Of a stretch of DNA of 64,000 bases, positions 51,390 to 61,000 are shown one piece after another. The notes under the pieces are model-generated. The model was given only the letters and a program-made list of their open reading frames with translations. It did not search any database and was not told the origin of the DNA. The stretch is taken from the NCBI GenBank assembly GCA_938036315.1, contig CALHPK010000001.1:144109-208108 (forward strand), given 5' to 3'. Each line of letters begins with the position of its first letter. Position 1 is the first letter of the stretch. The DNA is from an uncultured bacterium. Lineage in GTDB: Bacteria > Calescibacteriota > Calescibacteriia > Calescibacteriales > Calescibacteriaceae. A program made the translations under genes and the position numbers.

Positions 51390-51818
51390 TCAGATTTCCC
51401 TCGTCCCACCTACCAAAAAATGAACCGTGCACTTACCAGTAACAGGATCAAAAACAACTGTCCGTGTCACATTTCCTCCAAGATCATATCCACCAACAGG
51501 GATTTTCAACTTTTTTATAACATTTATCAAGATATTTACAAATTTTTTGCCTATCTGCAATCCGGCAACATCTGCACCCCCTGCAATTTTAACTCTTACT
51601 CTTTGCAAAGAACTGTCGTCACCAATATTCAGCTGAGAGAGTAACTCCTTCAATTTCTCTTCTAACTTAGCTTCATCTGTTATGAACAGATGAGTTGACG
51701 CTGCTTTTCTCTGTAAAGGATCCCAAATAATTACCGCCGCACCAGTTGCCACTTTTTCTATTATTATCCGCTCCCTGCCAACCCAACTCTGTAAAAGCTT
51801 AACATTTACCTCTGCCAT
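51390..51818 (-). CDS. cheD: Chemoreceptor glutamine deamidase CheD-like
   Basis: TGAAVIIWDP....STHLF and GGYDLGGNVTRTVVFDPVTGKCTV match the CheD core and C-terminal motifs. Confidence 0.6.
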   Translation of the reverse strand: MAEVNVKLLQSWVGRERIIIEKVATGAAVIIWDPLQRKAASTHLFITDEAKLEEKLKELLSQLNIGDDSSLQRVRVKIAGGADVAGLQIGKKFVNILINVIKKLKIPVGGYDLGGNVTRTVVFDPVTGKCTVHFLVGGTREI

Positions 51819-52162
51819 AACTTAAAACCCCGCTCTTTCTTACTACATAACAACTTAATTTCAATAAATTTTATCAGTAGCTTAATTTAATTACATATCA
51901 ATATAATTACTTTTCAACAAGCTTTCCCACTTTCAATAAATTCATTATTTATTTGCATTCAAATTATTTTAAAGTATAATCTAAAAGTATAATCATTATT
52001 TAATGAATGTTCTTAGTTTAGCACATTCTCTGATGTATCTTTTGCAGAGGACTTAGGAACCGAACTTACACTAAAAATACGTAAATCTGATACCCTAAGA
52101 AACCTGATATTGAATTTTTGAAATATAGCAATGGACTTAGAGGCTAATTAACTTAGCTGTTA

Positions 52163-53527
52163 ATGGAGTATTTGGATTTATACAGAACACATAAAGAAGG
52201 AGAAATTCAGCAGGTGGATGTTGAGGAATTAACTCCAAGAGAAATTGTGGATTTTCTATCAAAATATATTGTTGGGCAAGATGAGGCTAAAAAGGCAGTT
52301 GCCATAGCCCTAAGAAACAGAGTAAGAAGGATGAAACTCCCAGAGAGCCTAAGGGAAGAAATAACTCCTAAAAACCTTCTGATGATAGGACCGACAGGCG
52401 TTGGGAAAACAGAAATCTCCCGAAGAATCGCAAAACTCATAGATGCTCCTTTCATAAAGGTAGAAGCAACAAAATATACAGAAGTTGGATACGTAGGCAG
52501 AGATGTTGAGTCAATAATAAGAGATCTGACAAATATAGCGGTAGCAGAGGAGAAGAAAAAAGCGAAAAAACAGATTGCAGAAAAAGCCAGAAAGTCCGCA
52601 ATAGAAAGGCTCGTATCAGAAATTATGAAGCAGAAGAATTATCCGAGCGAGAGGAAATTTGAGGTGTACCAAAACCTACTGGATGGCAAATTTGATGATG
52701 AAACAATAGTAATTGAACTTGAGGAAAGCTCCAGCGTTGATGTTATAACTGCGTCCTTTATACCTGGTATGGAGCAGATAGAAGACCAAATCAAAAGCGC
52801 ATTATCTTCGATACTACCGAAGATGAAAAGAAAGAAAGAGCTAAAAGTAAAAGAAGCCCTGAGATTTATTGAAGATAGTATAGCAGAGCGGATGATAAAC
52901 ATGGATGAAATAGTCAGAAGAGCAATTTTCAAAGTTGAAAACAAAGGAATAGTTTTTATAGATGAGATAGACAAACTGATAAATCCCCGAGGTGGGCATG
53001 GACCGGATGTATCCGGTGAAGGAGTCCAAAGAGATCTTCTCCCCATAGTTGAAGGGACAACTGTCAATACAAGATATGGAACAGTGAGAACAGATTTCAT
53101 TCTTTTTATAGCAGCTGGAGCATTTCACACAGCTTCTCCTTCGGATCTCATTCCAGAGTTGCAAGGGAGATTACCAATAAGAGTCGAACTCAAACCACTA
53201 ACAAAAGAAGATTTCGTCAGAATTCTAAAGTTTACCGATAACTCTATCATAAAACATTATCAGATTCTACTCAAAACTGAAGATGTCGAAGTGGAGTTTA
53301 CAGAAGATGCTATAGAAAAAATAGCAGATTACGCATATAGATTGAATGAAACGCAAGAAAACATCGGTGCCAGAAGGCTATACACTGTTACCGAAAAAGT
53401 TATGGAAGATATTTCATTTGACGCACCATACCTTAAAAACCGAAAAATCATAATCGACTCAAAATATGTCGATGAAAAACTATCCTCGGTAGTTCAGGAT
53501 GTGAATCTATCAAAATATATTCTATAA
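52163..53527 (+). CDS. hslU: ATP-dependent protease ATPase subunit HslU
   Basis: LTPREIVDFLSKYIVGQDEAKKAVAIALRNRVRRMKL...NLLMIGPTGVGKTEISRRIAKLIDAPFIKVEATKYTEVGYVGRDVESIIRDL shows the AAA+ fold with the HslU I-domain. No hslV lies upstream. Confidence 0.92.
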   Translation: MEYLDLYRTHKEGEIQQVDVEELTPREIVDFLSKYIVGQDEAKKAVAIALRNRVRRMKLPESLREEITPKNLLMIGPTGVGKTEISRRIAKLIDAPFIKVEATKYTEVGYVGRDVESIIRDLTNIAVAEEKKKAKKQIAEKARKSAIERLVSEIMKQKNYPSERKFEVYQNLLDGKFDDETIVIELEESSSVDVITASFIPGMEQIEDQIKSALSSILPKMKRKKELKVKEALRFIEDSIAERMINMDEIVRRAIFKVENKGIVFIDEIDKLINPRGGHGPDVSGEGVQRDLLPIVEGTTVNTRYGTVRTDFILFIAAGAFHTASPSDLIPELQGRLPIRVELKPLTKEDFVRILKFTDNSIIKHYQILLKTEDVEVEFTEDAIEKIADYAYRLNETQENIGARRLYTVTEKVMEDISFDAPYLKNRKIIIDSKYVDEKLSSVVQDVNLSKYIL

Positions 53528-53534
53528 GTTACCT

Positions 53535-54920
53535 ATGAAAATAGGAGTCATAGGTCTTGGAATCTCAGGTAAAAAACTCGTATCAGCTATAGAGAGAATG
53601 GGACATATCCCAGTTGGCTTTGAGCAAAAGAGCGAAGAGGAATTCCTATCAGTAGAAGAAAACAGAAAATTTCTCCTCGAACACAGAAATTTGGAAGTTA
53701 TCTTCAATTACTCGGAGGATAAAATTAAAAAAAGCAACATTGACTTTGTAGTTCTTTCGTCTGGAGTAAAACATGATACCTTCTTTGAAAAATCAATCCC
53801 ATTCAAGTCAGAACTCGATTTTGTATACGAGAATATCCCAAAAAGCAAAAAAATCATTTTGATAACAGGTACCAAAGGTAAGGGGACAACTTTGCTTTTG
53901 CTTTCTGAAATCCTTGCAAAATCTGGAATCAGCCATTTTGCCGGTGGAAATATCCAAAAAATTGGGGATAAAATATTAACCGCTGCAGATGCTATATTCT
54001 CAGACGCAGAATTTTTGATAATTGAAGCATCAAGCTTTCAGCTACGCTCATCATACACTATCAGACCTCATACCTTAGCAATAACTTCACTGGATATTGA
54101 TCACCTCGATTTTCATCCATCGTTTTTCGATTATCTGAATTCAAAACTGAAAATTTCAAAGAGCTCAAAGTTTGTAGTATCTCCCTTCAGGGTTGTCGAA
54201 ATTCTCCCACGAAGATATGAAGTAGTAGAAAATATAGGATACGATATATACAGAAAAATTTTCGAGATCTACTCAGATGATGGTTCTGTTATCATATCAG
54301 ATTGTACAAAATCTGAAATAGTAATATCACATATTTTGCAGAATGATTCTCATTATTGGAATATCCAACCTGCGATCAAAAGTAATACTCTTTGTGCTGT
54401 TGGTATAGCTTCAACCATTTTGCCAGTAAAAGATATCAAGTGTGATACAATAGATATACCAAAAAGGAAATACTGCCTTGAACCCCTTGGTGAAATAGAT
54501 ATAGGTCATAAAAAAATAAAAGTGATAAATGATTCAAAATCAACAAATTATGTGTCACTTGCAAATGCTTTATTATCCTTTGACTCAAAAGTTATACTTA
54601 TTGCTGGGGGTCGTACAAAGGGGTTTAACTTTTCAAAAATACGCGATATAATAGATCGAAAGGTAGAAAAAGCTTTTCTGATTGGAGAAGCAAAAGAAAA
54701 ACTGATTAAAGATTTCCAAAATGCTGAAATCTGCAAAAACCTTGAAGACGCATTTCAAAAGGCACTGAAATTCGCAGAAACTTCCAAATCTGAAGTTATA
54801 TTGTTTTCGCCTGGAGGAGCTTCACAACCTGATTTCCAAAATGCAGAAGAAAGGGGGAGAAAATTTGAAGAATTATTCAAAAGCAAAGTAGCAAATTATC
54901 AAAATCATAAAGGTGAATAA
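53535..54920 (+). CDS. murD: UDP-N-acetylmuramoylalanine--D-glutamate ligase
   Basis: The N-terminal Rossmann-like region begins GVIGLGISG. The P-loop is ITGTKGKGTT and IKVINDSKSTN fits the MurD NDSKATN motif. Confidence 0.65.
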   Translation: MKIGVIGLGISGKKLVSAIERMGHIPVGFEQKSEEEFLSVEENRKFLLEHRNLEVIFNYSEDKIKKSNIDFVVLSSGVKHDTFFEKSIPFKSELDFVYENIPKSKKIILITGTKGKGTTLLLLSEILAKSGISHFAGGNIQKIGDKILTAADAIFSDAEFLIIEASSFQLRSSYTIRPHTLAITSLDIDHLDFHPSFFDYLNSKLKISKSSKFVVSPFRVVEILPRRYEVVENIGYDIYRKIFEIYSDDGSVIISDCTKSEIVISHILQNDSHYWNIQPAIKSNTLCAVGIASTILPVKDIKCDTIDIPKRKYCLEPLGEIDIGHKKIKVINDSKSTNYVSLANALLSFDSKVILIAGGRTKGFNFSKIRDIIDRKVEKAFLIGEAKEKLIKDFQNAEICKNLEDAFQKALKFAETSKSEVILFSPGGASQPDFQNAEERGRKFEELFKSKVANYQNHKGE

Positions 54921-56412
54921 GGATACAAAAGCCGAAACAGATTCCCAGAAATTCACAAAGGGTATAAAATCAGTATCTTTTTTTATATTTTTAAGCAGAA
55001 TCACAGGGCTTTTACGAGAAATCTCCCTGGCTTACTTTATGGGAGCAAGTAAAATCACAGATGCCCTGTTTTTAGGTTGGACCATCCCCAATACCTTAAG
55101 AAGATTTTTTGCAGAGGGATTAGTAGCACCAGCCTTTGTTCCTGCTTTTGTTGAAGCACACAAAAACTCCCAAACGTATCAAGCGGTAAGCTCAATCTCC
55201 GGACAGATTCTACTACTGACAAGTATCATATCGATAGCAATCATTTCTTCATCTTACTTTCTACCGTATATATTAGCTCCCGGATTCGATCAAGAGGGCA
55301 AGAGATTATCCTCATACTTTATTGCGGTTCTATCTCCGTATATAATCTTCATATCACTGGCGACAACCCTGTCCGCTCTCCTCAATTCGTTCAAGATCTT
55401 TGGAATTCCAGAGATGACAATGAGCATCTTTAATCTATCAACAGTCCTTTGCATCTCGGCTTTCGCAATACTTGGGGGAAGACCTGAGATCGGTTTTATA
55501 TCCGGAGTATTCATCGGAGTAATCTTACAGATATTGATACAATTTAACTCGTCAAGAAAATTGACCAAGCTGGGCATTTCCTTTCGTAAAAATAACTACT
55601 CTCAGAAAATCTGGTCAGCCATTCCAGCTGTAGTAACAGGAGGAGCAGTATATCAAATAAACCTATTGGTATCACGAGCCATAGCCAGCATAGGAGGGGA
55701 AAAAGTAGTATCTTATCTCAATTATGCATCTAGGTTTTTCGAACTACCTCTTGGAATTTTTGTGTATTCTATGTCTTATGTATCTTTGCCATTTTTGGCA
55801 GAGGGCGGGAAAAAAAGAGAATTCGGATTTTCTCAAGCAATATTCCTTTCAACTGCCATAACCCTACCAGCAACATTTGGACTCTTCTTTCTTTCCAAAC
55901 CTATAATTTTCGTAATATTCGGATACGGGAAATTTTCCATCTATGATGTAATAGAAACTGCATCGGCGCTTGCGATGTATTCGATTGGTCTTTTGCCCGT
56001 GGCTCTATCACGAGTCCTCACAGTCGATTTTCAAGCTACCGGTAAACTAAAAGTCCCCGTAATATCAAGCATCGTTACATTTGTAATTAATACTCTACTA
56101 TGCCTTATCTTGGTTGGTAAATTTAAACACTCAGGAATTGCTCTGGCATCCTCGATCTCCTCGTTCATCGGTTTTATCCCTCTGGTCGCCTATTCGGACA
56201 AAAAGAGAATTCTTCTGATAAGATTTTTGAAGGGAGCTATATTGTCTCTGCCAGCTTCTCTATTTGCAGTAATATCTGGGATAATCTTCTCAAGATATTA
56301 TTTAGAACTTTATAAAATTTTGAGCTTCGCAATCCTAATTCTTATTGTTTTACTAACTTTTCTTCTACTTTTAATATTCGTAAAGCCCTGGAAAAATCAC
56401 AACAATAGTTAG
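54913..56412 (+). CDS. murJ: Lipid II flippase MurJ (MviN)
   Basis: SRITGLLREISLAYFMGASKITDALFLGWTIPNTLRRFFAEGLVAPAFVP is the hallmark MurJ N-terminus, with 14 TM helices. Confidence 0.85.
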   Translation: MNKDTKAETDSQKFTKGIKSVSFFIFLSRITGLLREISLAYFMGASKITDALFLGWTIPNTLRRFFAEGLVAPAFVPAFVEAHKNSQTYQAVSSISGQILLLTSIISIAIISSSYFLPYILAPGFDQEGKRLSSYFIAVLSPYIIFISLATTLSALLNSFKIFGIPEMTMSIFNLSTVLCISAFAILGGRPEIGFISGVFIGVILQILIQFNSSRKLTKLGISFRKNNYSQKIWSAIPAVVTGGAVYQINLLVSRAIASIGGEKVVSYLNYASRFFELPLGIFVYSMSYVSLPFLAEGGKKREFGFSQAIFLSTAITLPATFGLFFLSKPIIFVIFGYGKFSIYDVIETASALAMYSIGLLPVALSRVLTVDFQATGKLKVPVISSIVTFVINTLLCLILVGKFKHSGIALASSISSFIGFIPLVAYSDKKRILLIRFLKGAILSLPASLFAVISGIIFSRYYLELYKILSFAILILIVLLTFLLLLIFVKPWKNHNNS

Positions 56413-56414
56413 AA

Positions 56415-57686
56415 TCATAACTTCCCAGAATCTGTAGTGTTTTTAAGTTTATCTTTAAGTATCTTCATAGCCAAAAAAGAAGCCAAGATCTTGACATTTT
56501 TTCTTCCTATATTGAATCTGAATTCGTACGACTCTGTTTCATCTTCAAATGATACACCTATGTAGAAAAGTCCTGGAGATTTACCCTCAAGGGGCTCTGG
56601 GCCAGCAACTCCGGTTGTCGAAATCCCTATGTCAGTTCCAAATCTTTCTCTCACACTTTCAGAAAGTTCCTTTGCACACTCATGGGAAACAACTCCAAAA
56701 TTCTCTATGGTCTCCTTTTTCACTCCAAGCTTTATCTTTGCTTCATTTGAATAAACAATCTCACCACCTTTGAAATACTCAGAAGCCCCGGGGACATCTG
56801 TGATAAAATTCATCAACTCCCCACCCGTCAATGATTCCGCAACCGCAAGAGTCATTTTCTTACTCTTCAGGATCTCTCCTAAAACTTCAGAAAGGGTCTT
56901 CCTCTCATCTTCGGCGTATATGTAGTCTTTAAGCCTTTCTTTCACTTTCAGGGCAAAACTATATAGACTCTCCTCTTCCCCAAATAGCTTTATGATAACT
57001 TCTGGGAATCGTGGTAAATATGACACCCTAACCGAAGGCGGAATCCCCATATTTTCTATCTCCCTTTCGACATATGTTTCTGTCACTCCAAATATTTTGA
57101 AAATCCTTTCTCCCTTCTTCTTAACTTCATACAGATCCAGAATTTCTTTATGTACGAATCCATCAAACATAAAAGAGAATTCCGCTGGGACCCCAGGGAG
57201 AAAATAGAAAAGTTTTTTATGTTTTCGCATCTTAAACCCGAATGCAGATCCCACGTGGTTCGGGATAGGCTCTGCACCAACCGGAAATGTCCCCTGCAAC
57301 CTCAGAACATCAGGAAAAACCTCCTTGCCAGTTCTTCTCTTATACCTTTGGAAAATTTCTTCTATTGCTTTTTGATCTTCTTTTAGTGGTACGCCAAAAT
57401 ATTCGCTAGCTACAAATCTGGTCTTATCATCCTTTGTTGAGCCAAGTCCTCCAGAGCAAATTATCACATCTGCAAATCTCTCCGCATTTTCAAGCGCACT
57501 CTTTATCTCAGTTTCATCATCCCCAACAAACTGACAGTAAACCCTATACCCCAGAGGATATAATTTCTGAGCAACATAAATAAAATTTTTATCCTGTGAA
57601 AAACCAGAAACTATTTCCTCTCCCATTACAACCACCGCAACTCTCTTCTCGCCCATATCACTATCGCCCATACTCACTATTTCCAT
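56415..57686 (-). CDS. cinA: CinA-family protein (MoCF-binding domain + CinA C-terminal NMN deamidase domain)
   Basis: RVAVVVMGEEIVSG...GGLGSTKDDKTRF is the MoCF_biosynth-type N-domain. The C-terminal CinA domain reads LAVAESLTGGELMNFITDVPGASEYFKGGEIVYSNEAK. Confidence 0.85.
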   Translation of the reverse strand: MEIVSMGDSDMGEKRVAVVVMGEEIVSGFSQDKNFIYVAQKLYPLGYRVYCQFVGDDETEIKSALENAERFADVIICSGGLGSTKDDKTRFVASEYFGVPLKEDQKAIEEIFQRYKRRTGKEVFPDVLRLQGTFPVGAEPIPNHVGSAFGFKMRKHKKLFYFLPGVPAEFSFMFDGFVHKEILDLYEVKKKGERIFKIFGVTETYVEREIENMGIPPSVRVSYLPRFPEVIIKLFGEEESLYSFALKVKERLKDYIYAEDERKTLSEVLGEILKSKKMTLAVAESLTGGELMNFITDVPGASEYFKGGEIVYSNEAKIKLGVKKETIENFGVVSHECAKELSESVRERFGTDIGISTTGVAGPEPLEGKSPGLFYIGVSFEDETESYEFRFNIGRKNVKILASFLAMKILKDKLKNTTDSGKL

Positions 57687-57692
57687 CTCCTA

Positions 57693-57830
57693 TTATAACT
57701 TCTCCCACTCAAAATTTGTGATATTCCTCCTTTTCTTCGAAAATTCCACCTCCACAAGATATATATATTTTTCTTTGTATTTCTTCCAATACTTTTTCTG
57801 CTTTATCTTCTCCAGTGCTATTACTCTCGC
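57693..57830 (-). pseudogene. Start-less 45-codon remnant of a gene 3' end, paralogous to the partial ORF at 63859-64000
   Basis: On the minus strand it reads ARVIALEKIKQKKYWKKYKEKYIYLVEVEFSKKRRNITNFEWEKL*, immediately preceded by in-frame TAA TGA and with no ATG. Its stop lies 6 nt before the cinA start, so the cinA RBS sits inside it. Confidence 0.4.
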
Positions 57831-58023
57831 TCATTACACAACTTTTCTTCAGTTGTTACCTCCTCCACATTGAAGGTATTAAACCAGAGCTTCTGGATGC
57901 AATTGCTTTTGGTCTTGAAGTCAATTCAGTAAAAAAGCTTCAAGCCTTATGTCAGAGATTTCAAACATTCAAAATGGCGTGTCAAAAAATTCAAGTGAAA
58001 GACTTGTTCAACTTAAGAAATTT

Positions 58024-61000
58024 TTAAAACACTTTTTTCTTTCTCTTTCGCAAAAGCAAGATCAAAGGCAAAGCAGAGATAAAGATAAGGTAGCCAAAAC
58101 CAGAAACTGAACAACCAAATTTTGAAGTAAGTTCTTGATCTTGATCTGAAGTGAATTCAGTTTGATCAGTTTGAGATGTGCCAAAGTACTGCGGAGCTCC
58201 ACCGCCACCGCCTCCACCACTTCCCGACAAAACTCTAACTGGAGTGCTTCTGTGTGTCCAGGTCCCATCTCCTAACTGCCCCCACGCATTCCACCCCCAG
58301 CACCAAAGTGAATTATCTGTCTTTACAGCACAGGTGTGTTCCCCTCCCAAAGAAACTTGTGAAACCCCTTGTGTTATCTGCACCGGGGTGTTTCTGTCTT
58401 GAGTTGTCCCATTCCCTAACTGTCCGAAGTAATTCTCCCCCCAGCACCACAGTGAACCATCTGTCTTTATCGCACAGGTGTGCCACCCTCCCAAAGAAAC
58501 TTGTGAAACCCCCGTTGCCATTATCTGCACTGGAGTGTTCTTGTTTTCATTTGTACCATCTCCTAACTGTCCGCGGTTATTACTCCCCCAGCACCAAAGA
58601 GAACCATCTGTCTTTACAGCACAGGTGTGAAAAGCCCCCAAAGAGACTTGTGAAACCCCCGTTGCCATTATCTGCACAGGAGTGTCCCTATAATATACAC
58701 CTGTCCCGTCTCCTAACTGTCCAGACCGATTATCCCCCCAGCACCAAAGTGAACCATCTGTCTTTACAGCACAGGTGTGCCACCACCCCAATGAAACTTG
58801 TGAAACACCCGTTGCCATTATCTGCACTGGAGTGTACCTGTTTGTCCAAGTCCCATCTCCTAACTGACCGAATTCATTCCACCCCCAGCACCAGAGAGAG
58901 TTATCTGTCTTTATCGCACAGGTGTGCCACCACCCCAATGAAACTTGTGAAACACCCGTTGCCATTATCTGCACTGGGGCGCTACTGGGTGCAGTTGTAC
59001 CATTCCCTAACTGCCCGTATTCATTCCTCCCCCAGCACCAGAGGGAGTTATCTGTCTTTACAGCACAGGTGTGATAACCCCCCGAAGAAATTTGTATAGC
59101 TCCCTCAAAGTATATTGATGAGGTGGTTGCTGATATTATATTTGAGTATGCTGTGTTTCCTGTTGAGTTGAAGGCATATACCCTGAAATAGTAGGTAGTT
59201 TTTTCTTGAAGTGATGTTATATATCCTTCTGTTGTGTTTGCTGAGAAAGTTTGTATTTGTGGATTTGAAAATAAAGAATCAGTTGAGACTTCGACAACAA
59301 ACCCTTGTTCGTTTGGAGAGTTATCCTGCCATCTTAATCCTACTGTATCAGCTGATACGAAGAAATAAGTGAGATTAGAAGGAGCAGAACAGGGCTCAAA
59401 CCCTTCGTCTATCCCTCCTGCGCAGTTATTATCAATTCCATCACATACTTCAGTCTGCCCCGGATTTATCGAAGAGTTTGAATCATCACAATCCCCAGGA
59501 GATAAAACAGCATATGTAGAGTTATCAGGATATGGATCAGTACAGGATACTTGAGAGCCCCCCACAGGATAATATCCATCAAAATCTGCATCCTTGTACC
59601 AAATAGTCCCAGGATTCAGATTAGCATTATTGTCATCACAATCTTCAGGAGATAAAACAGCATATGTAGAGTTCTCAGGATATGGATCAGTGCAGGATAC
59701 TTGAGAGCCCCCCTCAGGATAATATCCATCAAAATCTGCATCCTTGTACCAGATAGTCTCAGGATTCAGATTAGCATTATTGTCATCACAATCCCCAGGA
59801 GATAAAACAGCATATGTAGAGTTCTCAGGATATGGATCAGTGCAGGATACTTGAGAGCCCCCCACAGGATAATATCCATCAAAATCTGCATCCTTGTACC
59901 AGATAGTTCCCGGGTTTACATCCGGATTAAGGTCATCGCAATCTTCTGGCTTTGAAACAGATGTAAATCCTGCTGGCATAGTATTGGCACAGGTAGAAAC
60001 TGATGTCGTCCAAGTATCGGAATCTCGATCTTCCCAAAACCAAGTCTCTATATGCCCTGAGCAATCATTATCTTTCCCATTGTTGCAGTTCAGAGGAGCT
60101 CCAGGGTATATACTTGCTACACTATCGTCGCAATCCAAAAGTGTTATTGTTGTAAGGTTATATGGTGATGTTGGTCCACAAGCCACTTGCACCGCACCAT
60201 CTGTGTAACCATCAGAATCCGCATCTTTGTAGAATACCAATAATACCCCTTCATCTATTTCTCCATCGCAGTCGTTATCTATTCCATCACAAATTTCTGT
60301 TGCTCCCGGTTTTATGTTTGGATTGTTATCGTTACAATCACCAACCATTGCATACAAGACATATCCTTGTGGTTGCAAGCAGGATATCCGCGTTGTCCCA
60401 TCTGTGTAGCCATCAGAATCGCTGTCTTTGAACCATACTGTATTTGGATTTATCTCCGCTCTCTCATCATCACAATCTTGTGAATTTGAAACATAACCCT
60501 GTGGTTGCGTGCAAGCTTCTGTCACTGAACCAGGATTACCATAACCATCTGAATCTTTATCTTGATAAAACGTTAACTTCACACCTTCATCTATTTCTCC
60601 ATCGCAGTCATTATCTATTCCATCACAAACTTCTTCCTTTGGCACACACACTATCTCACCTTCCTTGTTTTCCTTCTTTATCTCTACCTTCTTCTCAAAA
60701 ACTGTCTCGGCTCCTTCGCTGTCTCTTACCACTACTCTTAATACATATTCCCCACCATCTGCAGTCTGAGGAACCTTTACAACCGCTGTCGCTCCATAAG
60801 GTGTTATCCAATCAAATTTCACTCCATCTTTCGTTATCTCCCAAGCAAACGTAACATCGTCTCCGTCCGGTTCATTCACTACCGCAGATGCTACAAATTC
60901 TCTCCCTATCCATATACCCCCTGTTGTACCTATCTTTATAACCCGTGGTGCTCTGTTCTCTTTCTTTACTTCAATCGTGGTTGAGACTGTGTCTTTGTTC

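Noticed and set aside
57815-58027. 70-aa plus-strand ORF between cinA and the giant gene
   Set aside because: It overlaps the minus-strand gene remnant region and has no recognisable features. It is probably non-coding spacer.
58254-59099. Plus-strand 281-aa ORF with internal periodicity (…HRCATLPKKLVKP… repeated)
   Set aside because: It lies antisense to the RCC1 repeat region of the giant minus-strand gene. Its periodicity is inherited from the sense-strand repeats and it has no independent support.
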